The position numbers were made by a program, and so were the translations under genes. A DNA stretch of 64,000 nt, taken from positions 116,352 to 180,351 of the forward strand of contig LCDA01000001.1 of the NCBI GenBank assembly GCA_000998275.1, given 5' to 3'. Of this stretch, positions 49,475 through 58,175 are shown in pieces. Within the stretch, counting starts at the first letter, position 1, and every line of letters begins with the position of its first letter. The notes under the pieces are model-generated. The model was not told the DNA's origin. It saw only the letters and a list, made by a program, of their open reading frames with translations, and did no database searches. This DNA is from Candidatus Collierbacteria bacterium GW2011_GWA2_42_17 (GTDB taxonomy: Bacteria > Patescibacteriota > Microgenomatia > UBA1400 > MFAQ01).

Positions 49475-49933
49475 TTAGTTTTGAGGAACAATAACCATCT
49501 GGCGGAAAGGGGCTTCTCCGCGAGACTCAGTTTTAATACCGGGGAATTCGGAAAGGAACATGTGAATAATGCGACGTTCATAGGAACTGAGATTGGGAAG
49601 AATAATTTCCTTTTGAAGACTGACGGCTCTCTCAGCAGCATCTTGAGCTAACTCTTTGAGAGTTTCTTCGCGACGTTCCTGATAGTCATTGACGTTGAGA
49701 TGAAGTTTTGGCCAGACACCAAATCTCTGAAAAATTATTAGGGAAAAAATCATGCGAAGAGCCGAAAGACCTTCACCATGATGACCGACAAAAACACCGG
49801 CTGATTCTTGGGGGAGAGTAAGAGAGATATTGACGTTTTCATCGTCGGCTAGATCAATGGCTATTTGATCTTCATTGAGGGCAAGTTGGGAGAGAACGTT
49901 AGAAAGTATTTCTTTTATTTTTGACTGATCCAT
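49475..49933 (-). CDS. jag: Jag/KhpB-like RNA-binding protein with KH and R3H domains.
   Basis: The R3H motif is YERRIIHMFLSEFPGIKTESRGEAPFRQMVI. The gene sits immediately downstream of yidC in the conserved origin-region arrangement. Confidence 0.75.
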   Translation of the reverse strand: MDQSKIKEILSNVLSQLALNEDQIAIDLADDENVNISLTLPQESAGVFVGHHGEGLSALRMIFSLIIFQRFGVWPKLHLNVNDYQERREETLKELAQDAAERAVSLQKEIILPNLSSYERRIIHMFLSEFPGIKTESRGEAPFRQMVIVPQN

Positions 49934-49964
49934 TTTGGTTGTTATTTATTTTTAAGCAAATTGA

Positions 49965-50717
49965 TTATTTTCCGGTCACTCGAGTAATAAGTACACGAGC
50001 CTTGTTGTAGAAGGGAATAAGACCGCCCCAACCAGAGAAGAAGTATTGTTGAACAAGAGAAAAAACGGTAGAGATAACCCAGTAAAGGACAAGCCCAGAT
50101 TGGAAGTTAAGAGAGATAATAACGGTCATGAGGGGCATCATATAGATCATTTGTTTTTGCATACTGGAGGCCATTTCAAGATTATTTTCTTCTTTTTTCT
50201 TTTCGTCTTTCTTTTTGGGGTTGTGAACATGTGACTCAATTCCGGACTGCATCATAAGAGAAAAAACGAGTTGAGAAACACCGGCAAGGATAGGCATAAT
50301 GTAAGTACGATCGGGTTTGGTGAGATCGAGATAGAGGAAATATGGGTTGAGAACTGTGCCACCAACAGAGGACTGTTTAAGAAAATACATGAAGACTTGG
50401 TAGAGAGAAATAAGAATAATAATCTGAAAAATTTGAGGAAGACAGCCGGCAGCAGGGTTGATACCTCTTTCTTTATAGAGAGCAACTTGGGCTTGCTGTA
50501 GGGCGGCTTTGTCGGTGTGTTTGGATTTGAGTCTATCTAGTTCAGGTTTAAGATCCTGCATCTTTTTGGCGGAACGAAGAGAGGGAATAACTAAAGGAAG
50601 AAGAATTATCTTGGTAATAAGGGTAATAGCAATGATGGAAAGACCAAGATTGCCACCGAAGAGTTGGTAGAAAAAAAGAAGTGATTGATAAAGGATTCCG
50701 TTTATTGGTGCGAGCAT
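49965..50717 (-). CDS. yidC: YidC membrane insertase, origin-proximal copy.
   Basis: The first transmembrane helix is LSIIAITLITKIILLPL. The YidC hairpin reads KKMQDLKPELDRLKSKHTDKAALQQAQVALYKERGINPAAGCLP. The gene lies in the rnpA-yidD-yidC-jag cluster. Confidence 0.85.
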   Translation of the reverse strand: MLAPINGILYQSLLFFYQLFGGNLGLSIIAITLITKIILLPLVIPSLRSAKKMQDLKPELDRLKSKHTDKAALQQAQVALYKERGINPAAGCLPQIFQIIILISLYQVFMYFLKQSSVGGTVLNPYFLYLDLTKPDRTYIMPILAGVSQLVFSLMMQSGIESHVHNPKKKDEKKKEENNLEMASSMQKQMIYMMPLMTVIISLNFQSGLVLYWVISTVFSLVQQYFFSGWGGLIPFYNKARVLITRVTGK

Positions 50718-50719
50718 AG

Positions 50720-50983
50720 TTATTTAATTTTATCAGGAACAGGGTCGAAACCACCTTTTGAGAAGGGATTACATCTTAGGATTCTATTAAGTGACAGTTT
50801 TGTCCCTTGAATAATACCATATCGGCGGTAAGCTGTCTTGGAATAGACAGAACAAGTGGGGGTAAAACGACAGGCAAAAGAGGAACCAAAGAAAGCTTTA
50901 CCGAAGGCATGGTAAAAAGGCGAGAAATATTTGTGGTAAAGAGAAAACATATTATTTGGAAAAAATATTTTTAAGATCTTCAA
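50720..50983 (-). CDS. yidD: Membrane protein insertion efficiency factor YidD.
   Basis: The segment [46 protein letters not shown] is the YidD signature. Confidence 0.85.
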   Translation of the reverse strand: MKILKIFFPNNMFSLYHKYFSPFYHAFGKAFFGSSFACRFTPTCSVYSKTAYRRYGIIQGTKLSLNRILRCNPFSKGGFDPVPDKIK

Positions 50984-51290
50984 TGAGGGATTGATGATCT
51001 TCTATCAAAACCTGCTTTTTGGGAATTAACAGATAGTCTTTTGGGGAAATTAAAGAAAAAATGTCTTCGACGAGAGCTGAGGTTATTCTTTTAATTTTGT
51101 TGCGATCAGTAGCGAGAGGGGCGGTTTTTTTTGACAAGAGAATAGCCAGACGGGGAGATTGAGACTTATTATTCTCGGGAGTGTCCGCAACAACTAAGGT
51201 AAAAAATTTACCAAAAACGGTCTTACCAACTTTGTTTAAGCGGTCCCTTTCAAAACGGAGAGATAAGCGATGAGCTCTAGCTAGAGCCAT
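50952..51290 (-). CDS. rnpA: Ribonuclease P protein component.
   Basis: The protein is basic and 112 aa, and lies between rpmH and yidD. Its N-terminal segment [24 protein letters not shown] is RnpA-like. Confidence 0.75.
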   Translation of the reverse strand: MALARAHRLSLRFERDRLNKVGKTVFGKFFTLVVADTPENNKSQSPRLAILLSKKTAPLATDRNKIKRITSALVEDIFSLISPKDYLLIPKKQVLIEDHQSLIEDLKNIFSK

Positions 51291-51293
51291 AGA

Positions 51294-51431
51294 TTAAACG
51301 GATAATTTTGTCCTACCTTTGGCGCGGCGACGTTTGATAACGTTGCGACCGTCATGGGTGGCCATTTTAATGCGGAAACCGTGGGTACGAATGCGTTTCT
51401 TTTTCTTGGGTTGATAGACTCTTTTTGGCAT
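51294..51431 (-). CDS. rpmH: 50S ribosomal protein L34. It is absent from the ORF track because it is shorter than 60 aa.
   Basis: Manual translation of the minus strand gives [45 protein letters not shown], which matches the L34 consensus ...HGFRARMAT.NGR.V...RR.KGR..L.V. Confidence 0.9.
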   Translation of the reverse strand: MPKRVYQPKKKKRIRTHGFRIKMATHDGRNVIKRRRAKGRTKLSV

Positions 51432-51617
51432 GGTTTTATTTTATCATTTCCGCCAGGAGCGGACAGGGATTAACGGGTTATTATACCTCAATCTTATTGA
51501 TTTATAATATCAATTTGTTTTTTTAAGATCCAATAATGATTGAAGAAGATTTTGCGGAGATCGGGCACAGTGATGTTCTGTGATGTCTTTTTGATGGGTA
51601 TTTTGGGGGTTGTAGGT

Positions 51618-51626
51618 TGTGGATAA
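51618..51626. promoter_or_regulatory. Perfect DnaA box (TGTGGATAA = TTATCCACA) in the rpmH-dnaA intergenic region.
   Basis: An exact 9-mer consensus lies 48 nt upstream of the dnaA start. Confidence 0.6.
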
Positions 51627-51673
51627 CGTGATAAAACTGAACTACACCTGCCCGATTATTAATATTTTATGTT

Positions 51674-53056
51674 ATGGAAATTGACGCCAGTCATCTATGG
51701 CAAGCAGTCTGCGGAGAGCTGGTGGTTTCTATGTCTCAAGCCGGTTTTAATGGATTTGTAAAACCCTGTTATATCAAAACGATAACACCAATCGACAACG
51801 AGAGAATAATTGTGGAGCTGGCAGCGCCGACAGCATACCACGTGAGGACAATCGATGAAAAATACTTCAGTACCATTAAACAGGCGATGGAAAAAATATC
51901 ACACAAGAGATGTGATGTGGCTTTAATTGTGGTGGAGGCGCAAAAAAAAGAAAAGGAAACAAAAACCAGTTCGAGAAACGAGAAGGAAGAACCAAATATG
52001 AATTTGTTTGTTTCAAATGAGCCCGACAAACAAGTGGGTAATAATTTAAACCCTAGATACCAATTTGAAAATTACGTAATGGGGAGTTCGAATCGCCTGG
52101 CTTTTGCCGCTGGAAAAGCGGTGGTAGATTTTCCCGGTACCCGACACAATCCTTTGTTTATCTATGGGGGAGTAGGAGTGGGTAAAACTCATCTAATGCA
52201 TGCCGTAGGTCACGAGTTAGTTAAAAAAGGGATTGGTAAAGTGGTTTATGTAACCTCGGAGCAATTTACTAATGATTTGGTGAATTCACTCCGATCAAAA
52301 ATGACTGAGGCTTTTAAGAAAAAATACCGTCAGGTGGGAGCGCTGCTGATTGATGATGTCCAGTTCTTTGGAGGAAAGGACTCAACACAAGAGGAGTTTT
52401 TCCATACTTTTAATGAACTAACAAATAAGTCGGCACAGATTGTGATGACATCTGATCGTAAACCTCAGGACATCGAAGGTTTAGAGGATAGATTGAAAAG
52501 TAGATTTTTGGGAGGAATGGCCGTAGATATCGGTTTACCGGACTACGAAATGAGATTGGCAATCTTAAGACAAAAAGCTCAGGAAATTAAAGTCGAAGTT
52601 GAGGATGGAGCCTATGAATTAATGGCAAATAACTTTAATACTAATGCTCGAGAACTTGAAGGTACTTTTGTAAAGTTGGCGGTTGGAGCAAGTCTGGAAG
52701 AGGGAGTACTGACGAAGGAAATGGTGCAACAAACAATGGGACTGCCGGCGAGTTTTATAAAGGAAGTTAAGGTAAGACCTATTAAGGTAGTATCAACAGT
52801 GGCTAAATATTTTGATTACAGAAATAAAGATTTATTGGGAACAAGCAGAAAAGCCGATTTGGTGGTGGCCCGCCACATTGCCATGTTTTTATTACGTGAT
52901 ACCTTAAATATTCAGTTGGAGAAAGTGGGGGAGATTATGGGTGGAAGAGATCATACCACCGTGATGCACGCAGTCGAAAAAATGAAGATTGAAGTAAACA
53001 AAAATGCCGATGTAAGGCGAAAAGTAACAGCCATTAAACAGGCGTTATACACTTAG
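51674..53056 (+). CDS. dnaA: Chromosomal replication initiator protein DnaA.
   Basis: The AAA+ Walker A is GGVGVGKTHLMHAVG and Walker B is LLIDDVQF. The C-terminal DNA-binding signature reads IAMFLLRDTLNIQLEKVGEIMGGRDHTTVMHA. Confidence 0.95.
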   Translation: MEIDASHLWQAVCGELVVSMSQAGFNGFVKPCYIKTITPIDNERIIVELAAPTAYHVRTIDEKYFSTIKQAMEKISHKRCDVALIVVEAQKKEKETKTSSRNEKEEPNMNLFVSNEPDKQVGNNLNPRYQFENYVMGSSNRLAFAAGKAVVDFPGTRHNPLFIYGGVGVGKTHLMHAVGHELVKKGIGKVVYVTSEQFTNDLVNSLRSKMTEAFKKKYRQVGALLIDDVQFFGGKDSTQEEFFHTFNELTNKSAQIVMTSDRKPQDIEGLEDRLKSRFLGGMAVDIGLPDYEMRLAILRQKAQEIKVEVEDGAYELMANNFNTNARELEGTFVKLAVGASLEEGVLTKEMVQQTMGLPASFIKEVKVRPIKVVSTVAKYFDYRNKDLLGTSRKADLVVARHIAMFLLRDTLNIQLEKVGEIMGGRDHTTVMHAVEKMKIEVNKNADVRRKVTAIKQALYT

Positions 53057-53360
53057 GTATCCACATTTTATCCCCAACACGTGGATAACTTGGAAAAAAG
53101 TGGATTAATAAGATTAAATTAAAAATTAGTGTTGATAAGGGAGTAAAGTTATCCCGAAAATTATCAACAAAAAAAATGAGTTGTTCTGAAAATAATAGTC
53201 TTTAAAAATAGATAATTGTTGCAAAAATACGGATATAACAAACGAAGATAATTTAATAACAAGAAAGACAGGCGATGAGCAAAGCTATAATCAACAAATC
53301 AACAGACATTACTACTACTGTTACTATTTTAGATTAATATAATAATTAGAAGAAAATTCT
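53057..53360. promoter_or_regulatory. Probable oriC: the dnaA-dnaN intergenic region with a cluster of DnaA-box-like 9-mers and an AT-rich unwinding region.
   Basis: The box-like 9-mers are gTATCCACA (53057-53065), TTATCCcCA (53068-53076), GTGGATAAC (53081-53089), GTGGATTAA (53100-53108), GTTATCCC (~53149) and TTATCAACA (53161-53169). An AT-rich tract of over 150 nt follows. Confidence 0.65.
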
Positions 53361-54473
53361 ATGAAAATAATTGTCGAATCAGGAGAACTTAAAAGAACTT
53401 TAGGAATAGTGAGCCGAGGTGTGAGTTCAAGACCTCAGCTACCAATATTGTCAGGGGTGATGCTTAAAGCGAAAGATAATGAAGTAAGTTTGGTGGCGAC
53501 GGACTTGGAAATAAGTTTTTGGCTCAGTCTTTCAGCTAAGGTTGAAGAAGAGGGTGAAGTGGTGGTACCGGCAAAGTTGTTTTCAGAGCTGGTGTCGAGT
53601 TTTCCTTCTGGAAATGTAACTTTGTCTGTAGAAAAACATGTAGTCAAAATCGAAGTAGATGGCATTGTTTCTGAAATTGTGGGTCAGGGAGCTGAAGACT
53701 TTCCGAGTGTTCCGAGAGCCAATAAGGCTCAAGTCGTCCTTCGAAGTGGAGATTTTAGACAAAAAATAGACAGAGTGTGTGTGAGTGCGGCTCGTGATGA
53801 TACAAGACCAGTGTTGACAGGAGTGCTGTGGGAGATCAATGAAGAAAAGGTGTCTTTGGTGGCGACAGACGGATATCGTTTGTCGGTTGATAGTCTGACT
53901 TTGTCAAAAACAGAACTAGAGAAAGAAACACGACTAATTCTTCCGGCAAGATCACTGCAAGAAATTTCGAAAATGTTGGGTGAAACAGGAGCGGATGATT
54001 TTTCGTTGGAGTTTAATAAAAGTAATCAACAGGTCATTTTTAAAGTAGGGGAGATTGAGGTAACTTCGAGACTAATCGCAGGCGAGTTTCCTCCTTATCA
54101 ACAGATCATGCCGAACACTTACTCATCAAGAGCGGTATTTGGCAAAGGAGAGATACTAGAAGGCGTCAAAAGAGCCAGTTTGTTTGCAAGGGACAATGCT
54201 AATATCGTAAAGCTACAGATGGAAAAAGATAAAGTGGTGGTGAGAGCAGAAAATTCACAAGTAGGAACAAGTGTGAGTAACGTCCCGGCAACGACAGAAG
54301 GTGATGAATTAACGGTGGCTTTTAATGCTAGATATCTGCTGGATTATTTGGCTAGCTGTACTTCAGAAACAGTAATTTGGGAAACTGAAGGTGAGCTAAA
54401 ACCAAGTGTATTTCGAAATGAGGATGAGAAAACCTGGGTTCAGGTAGTGATGCCTGTTCGGGTTCAGGAGTAA
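53361..54473 (+). CDS. dnaN: DNA polymerase III beta sliding clamp.
   Basis: The N-terminus reads MKIIVESGELKRTLGIVSRGVSSRPQLPILSGVMLKA. The three-domain 370-aa length and the position after dnaA fit the sliding clamp. Confidence 0.9.
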   Translation: MKIIVESGELKRTLGIVSRGVSSRPQLPILSGVMLKAKDNEVSLVATDLEISFWLSLSAKVEEEGEVVVPAKLFSELVSSFPSGNVTLSVEKHVVKIEVDGIVSEIVGQGAEDFPSVPRANKAQVVLRSGDFRQKIDRVCVSAARDDTRPVLTGVLWEINEEKVSLVATDGYRLSVDSLTLSKTELEKETRLILPARSLQEISKMLGETGADDFSLEFNKSNQQVIFKVGEIEVTSRLIAGEFPPYQQIMPNTYSSRAVFGKGEILEGVKRASLFARDNANIVKLQMEKDKVVVRAENSQVGTSVSNVPATTEGDELTVAFNARYLLDYLASCTSETVIWETEGELKPSVFRNEDEKTWVQVVMPVRVQE

Positions 54474-54474
54474 T

Positions 54475-55494
54475 TTACTTTGAGGCAGGTAAAGCATAGA
54501 TGCCGGACTGTTGGGTGACGTTGGTGCCGGTTAAATTTCCTTCGAGAATATAGATGGGAAGGTAGACATTTTGAATTTGAAGATAGCCAATTTGTGATTG
54601 GGAGACAGAAAGATCTATTTTTTTACTGGAAGCTGTTTGAAAATTTACATCAAGATCAGGAGAGGCATTTAATCTTTGAGCAGAGTTAGCTAATTTTTTA
54701 ACATCAACGAAAGGATAAATAACTAATTCCTTGCCTAGGGCGACGGAAGTAAAGCCACCAACAATAGAGATACTATGAATATTTAGATTGTGATCAAGAT
54801 AGAAGGTAAAAACAGCACCAGTTTCCGACTGAGCGAGGACAGGAAATTGATTGATTGACTGATAGAAGGAAACGCGAACAAGATCGGCATTTTCTATGGT
54901 TGAAGGAGAAGAATAAATATTAAAAGTTTTATAGTAATCGACCCTTTGATTTATAAGGGTGGCTTCAACATCTTCACCAAAAAGATCCTTGATGATTTTG
55001 CGAGCGGCAGTGAGACTATTTTCTTGAGTAAAGAGAGGTCCATCTTGAACAGGAGGATTATTGGTGGAGTAGATAATGGAGTTGTTTTTGGTGTTAATAA
55101 CAAGAGAGTGTTTGCTGTTTGACCAGATGGAGATATTAGTGTCTTTGACAGTGACCTTTTGAGAATTTGAAAAACCGAGTAAAGAAGGAAGTCTGTTCTG
55201 ATTATCAGATGAAGTTAAAGGCGAAACAAGTGAGTATTCATAAAGTTTTTCCGGTGTTTGGGGATCTTTAACTTCGTTCCATTTGATATTTAAAACAGGA
55301 GTGGGTAGGGGAGAGGTAGTAGTGGAGGTAGTGGTAACAAGAGAAGGAATAAGAGGTTCGGTGCTTGGAGATTTTTCGGTTTGTAAAACACCAGTAAAGG
55401 CGTTGATAACAATAATTAAGACGACAACAACGGCAAGAATTATTAAGTTGGTTCGGAGTTTTGATTGGGTAAAAAAATTAAGGATGTTTTTCAT
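54475..55494 (-). CDS. Secreted, signal-anchored protein with a Thr-rich linker, function unknown. It is the last gene of the T4SS-like module.
   Basis: The N-terminal transmembrane helix is LIILAVVVVLIIVINAF, followed by TTTSTTTSPLPTP and a ~260-aa extracytoplasmic domain. Confidence 0.35.
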   Translation of the reverse strand: MKNILNFFTQSKLRTNLIILAVVVVLIIVINAFTGVLQTEKSPSTEPLIPSLVTTTSTTTSPLPTPVLNIKWNEVKDPQTPEKLYEYSLVSPLTSSDNQNRLPSLLGFSNSQKVTVKDTNISIWSNSKHSLVINTKNNSIIYSTNNPPVQDGPLFTQENSLTAARKIIKDLFGEDVEATLINQRVDYYKTFNIYSSPSTIENADLVRVSFYQSINQFPVLAQSETGAVFTFYLDHNLNIHSISIVGGFTSVALGKELVIYPFVDVKKLANSAQRLNASPDLDVNFQTASSKKIDLSVSQSQIGYLQIQNVYLPIYILEGNLTGTNVTQQSGIYALPASK

Positions 55495-55503
55495 ATGGTT
55501 ATA

Positions 55504-58167
55504 TTAGTTAGTATAAACCTGAGGTCTATTAGAACAGCTGGTTATACCAGGGTAAAGTTCACCAAGGGGGCAGTTTTCGGAAAGTTGAATTCCACCGGCC
55601 GGACATTGATTGTAAAGAAGACCTTTGTATTCATAGTGAAGGTGAGGTCCCGTTCCAGCAGTACCGGTGGTTCCTAAAATAGAACCAATTTCGACGCTAC
55701 CTCCGACGGCAACATCAATACTGGTGAGATGAGCATAAACAACTTTAAAAGCGGTGCCATCTTCGAGGACAGAATCAATAATGAGAATGTCGGTATTGAG
55801 ATACTCCGATGAAAAACCGGCAAAACTAACAACACCAAAGGTGGTACTAATAACAGGAGTACCAAGAGGGGTACCAATATCAATAGATTGATCATAACCG
55901 GTGTTACCATGAGAACCTTTTCCCCCCGGACCTTGAGTGAGGATATAACCTTCACCAACCGGCCAGGTATTGGGACATCCAGGAAGAATTGTACCGGTAT
56001 AGGCAGTTTTGGGGGTCGATTCAAGTTGAACAAGAGTGGATATTAAAGGAGCAACGACAATGGAGGTGATGTAAAAGAAAAAGACAATAAGAGTACCGGC
56101 GGTAATGATACCAACAGCGGAACTAGCAGCAACCACAGTAGTGGTGCCAAGACCGGAAAAAAAGGAGACTACTCCTCCCGCAAAAGAGGCGATACCCATG
56201 GCGGGGATAGCAAGAACGTCACGAGTTTTTACTTCTTCACCATAGACAGATCTGGCAAGAGCTTTAGTAAAGCCAATAATTTTTTCGCCGACCCAAAAAG
56301 AGATATCAATTAAGACGGCAAGAAGAAGTCCGAGACCGGGAACGACATTGGCAACTTGAGCACCAGCTTCGAGAGCAACTTTGATACCAACTTTGGCACC
56401 GACTTTAACGGCAGCTTTGGTGGCGGCCTGTTGAGCAAGTTTTTTAAAGGTTTCCTTGAGACCGTTTTTGAGAAGCATTTCGGCTCCTTTTTTGAGAGTC
56501 TCGTTTGTAAGGCGTTGGACTAATTGTCTGGTAATAAATTCACCGGCTTTTCGACCCGCCCAAGATCGAAGAGTTCCCCAAGGATCTTGAATAACCCGAA
56601 AAACAGTACCAAAACCTCCGGGAATTTTATCTGAGACTCTTCCAAAAAATTTTGAAACTGAACCGAAAGTTCGGCCAATTCTGGTAGATGTTTGAGAAAT
56701 CTCTTTTCCTAAAAGAGACTGGGAGATCTTTCTGATTTGGCTGCCGGCAGAGTCAAAAATATCTTTGCGTGTGGTATAAAGTTTTCCTAGAGCAGAGTCG
56801 GGTTTATTTTGGGCAAAAAGACGAGCTTTGGTGAGAAGCTGGGGAGTAAGTTCTTTGCCATATAAAAGAACGGCTTGCGGAGACAAATCAGAATTTTGTG
56901 TTTGGGGGGTGTTGAGAAGACTGGCGGCATATTCAGCTTGATAACCTGAGTTGGGACGGAGAGTCCCCGGAAAATTTTGTCGAAGGGCATCTTCAAGAAG
57001 ATGAGCATCATCCATAGGGGTGGGGATATGGGCTTTAATACCGTTAATCTCAAGATTGTTATGAATTGAAACAATATTTTTATTGGCTAGTTCAATTCGA
57101 TCCTGGAGATCTGGATCGTGAGAAAGTCTTTCTTCACGGTTTTTTTCAAAGCCTTTGAAAGACTCCGTTTGTTTGGTTATTAAATCGGTAAGTTGGGTCG
57201 AATGAGATTCTATTGAGGCCGAAAGATGTTCATTTTCAGCAATAAGATTTTTTATTTCAAGAGATAATTTTTTCTTTTCTGATTCGGGCAGAGAGGAAAT
57301 TTCATCTTGGAGACTAATAATTATTTGTTCATTATCGGAAATTTTTGTTTCAGATACGGTAGCTTGACTATTTAAAGAAGTCACTTCTTGATAAATAGTG
57401 GAAACAAAACCTCCGGGAATGGTAGCAAGATTAGTTTTATCCGACTCTGCAAGAGATGAAATGTCGATTTGGAGAGTAGAAGCTTGAATTGCCGTGTCGA
57501 GATCTCGGACACCAACGAGATTAAGTTCGGCTGCTGAGGAAATAATTTGCTCTTGTAATTTAGGAGAGAGTTTGGAAAAGCCAGTATAAGTATGGGCAAC
57601 TTCTTTGATGGCAACGAAGGATGAGTTTAAAGCTTCTTTTTTGGATCCTGATTTAGGAGACCCAAGAGAAACAAGAAGGTCATCTACCTGTTTAAAATTT
57701 TCTCCTTGAGATTGTCTTCTTTCTCGATTGGCCAAAGCAAGATCTTTAATTTTAGAATGAGCGATGGCAATTTTGACTTGTTCGGCAACCGTTTTTTGAG
57801 GACTTGATTTAATTTCTTCACTTTCAAGTAAGGCAAGATTTTGTTGATACTCGGCAACCAGAGCTTCAATTTCCGGAGGAATTGAAGCTGCTTGTTCTTT
57901 AGTTGTTTCCTTTTTTATAACCTCTTCTTTTTCTTTTTCCGCTTGTTTTTCTAGATTGGCGATGTAGTCGGTGACAGCAGAAATAGGAAGATTTTTGAGA
58001 AATTTGGAGTAGCTGTTGGTGAAAAAATATTTTTCGCCAAAGTATTTTTGGGCAAGGGAAAAGATTTTTAAATCATCTTTGGTGAGAGAGGCTTCCGCTT
58101 TTTGAGAACTGAGAAGATCAGTTACTTGATGAAGCTGCTGGATAACAATTTCTTTTCCTGATGCCAT
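55504..58167 (-). CDS. Protein of 887 aa with a long N-terminal coiled coil, a transmembrane cluster and a C-terminal M23 metallopeptidase domain. It is a putative T4SS-associated cell-wall hydrolase, comparable to the PrgK/TcpG functional class.
   Basis: The first ~550 aa are heptad-rich and Glu/Lys/Leu-rich. A hydrophobic block follows, from VPGLGLLLAVLIDISFW to GTLIVFFFYITSIVVAPLISTL. The C-terminal M23 core reads GYDQSIDIG...TGPHLHYEY. Confidence 0.55.
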   Translation of the reverse strand: MASGKEIVIQQLHQVTDLLSSQKAEASLTKDDLKIFSLAQKYFGEKYFFTNSYSKFLKNLPISAVTDYIANLEKQAEKEKEEVIKKETTKEQAASIPPEIEALVAEYQQNLALLESEEIKSSPQKTVAEQVKIAIAHSKIKDLALANRERRQSQGENFKQVDDLLVSLGSPKSGSKKEALNSSFVAIKEVAHTYTGFSKLSPKLQEQIISSAAELNLVGVRDLDTAIQASTLQIDISSLAESDKTNLATIPGGFVSTIYQEVTSLNSQATVSETKISDNEQIIISLQDEISSLPESEKKKLSLEIKNLIAENEHLSASIESHSTQLTDLITKQTESFKGFEKNREERLSHDPDLQDRIELANKNIVSIHNNLEINGIKAHIPTPMDDAHLLEDALRQNFPGTLRPNSGYQAEYAASLLNTPQTQNSDLSPQAVLLYGKELTPQLLTKARLFAQNKPDSALGKLYTTRKDIFDSAGSQIRKISQSLLGKEISQTSTRIGRTFGSVSKFFGRVSDKIPGGFGTVFRVIQDPWGTLRSWAGRKAGEFITRQLVQRLTNETLKKGAEMLLKNGLKETFKKLAQQAATKAAVKVGAKVGIKVALEAGAQVANVVPGLGLLLAVLIDISFWVGEKIIGFTKALARSVYGEEVKTRDVLAIPAMGIASFAGGVVSFFSGLGTTTVVAASSAVGIITAGTLIVFFFYITSIVVAPLISTLVQLESTPKTAYTGTILPGCPNTWPVGEGYILTQGPGGKGSHGNTGYDQSIDIGTPLGTPVISTTFGVVSFAGFSSEYLNTDILIIDSVLEDGTAFKVVYAHLTSIDVAVGGSVEIGSILGTTGTAGTGPHLHYEYKGLLYNQCPAGGIQLSENCPLGELYPGITSCSNRPQVYTN

Positions 58168-58175
58168 GAGTTGAT

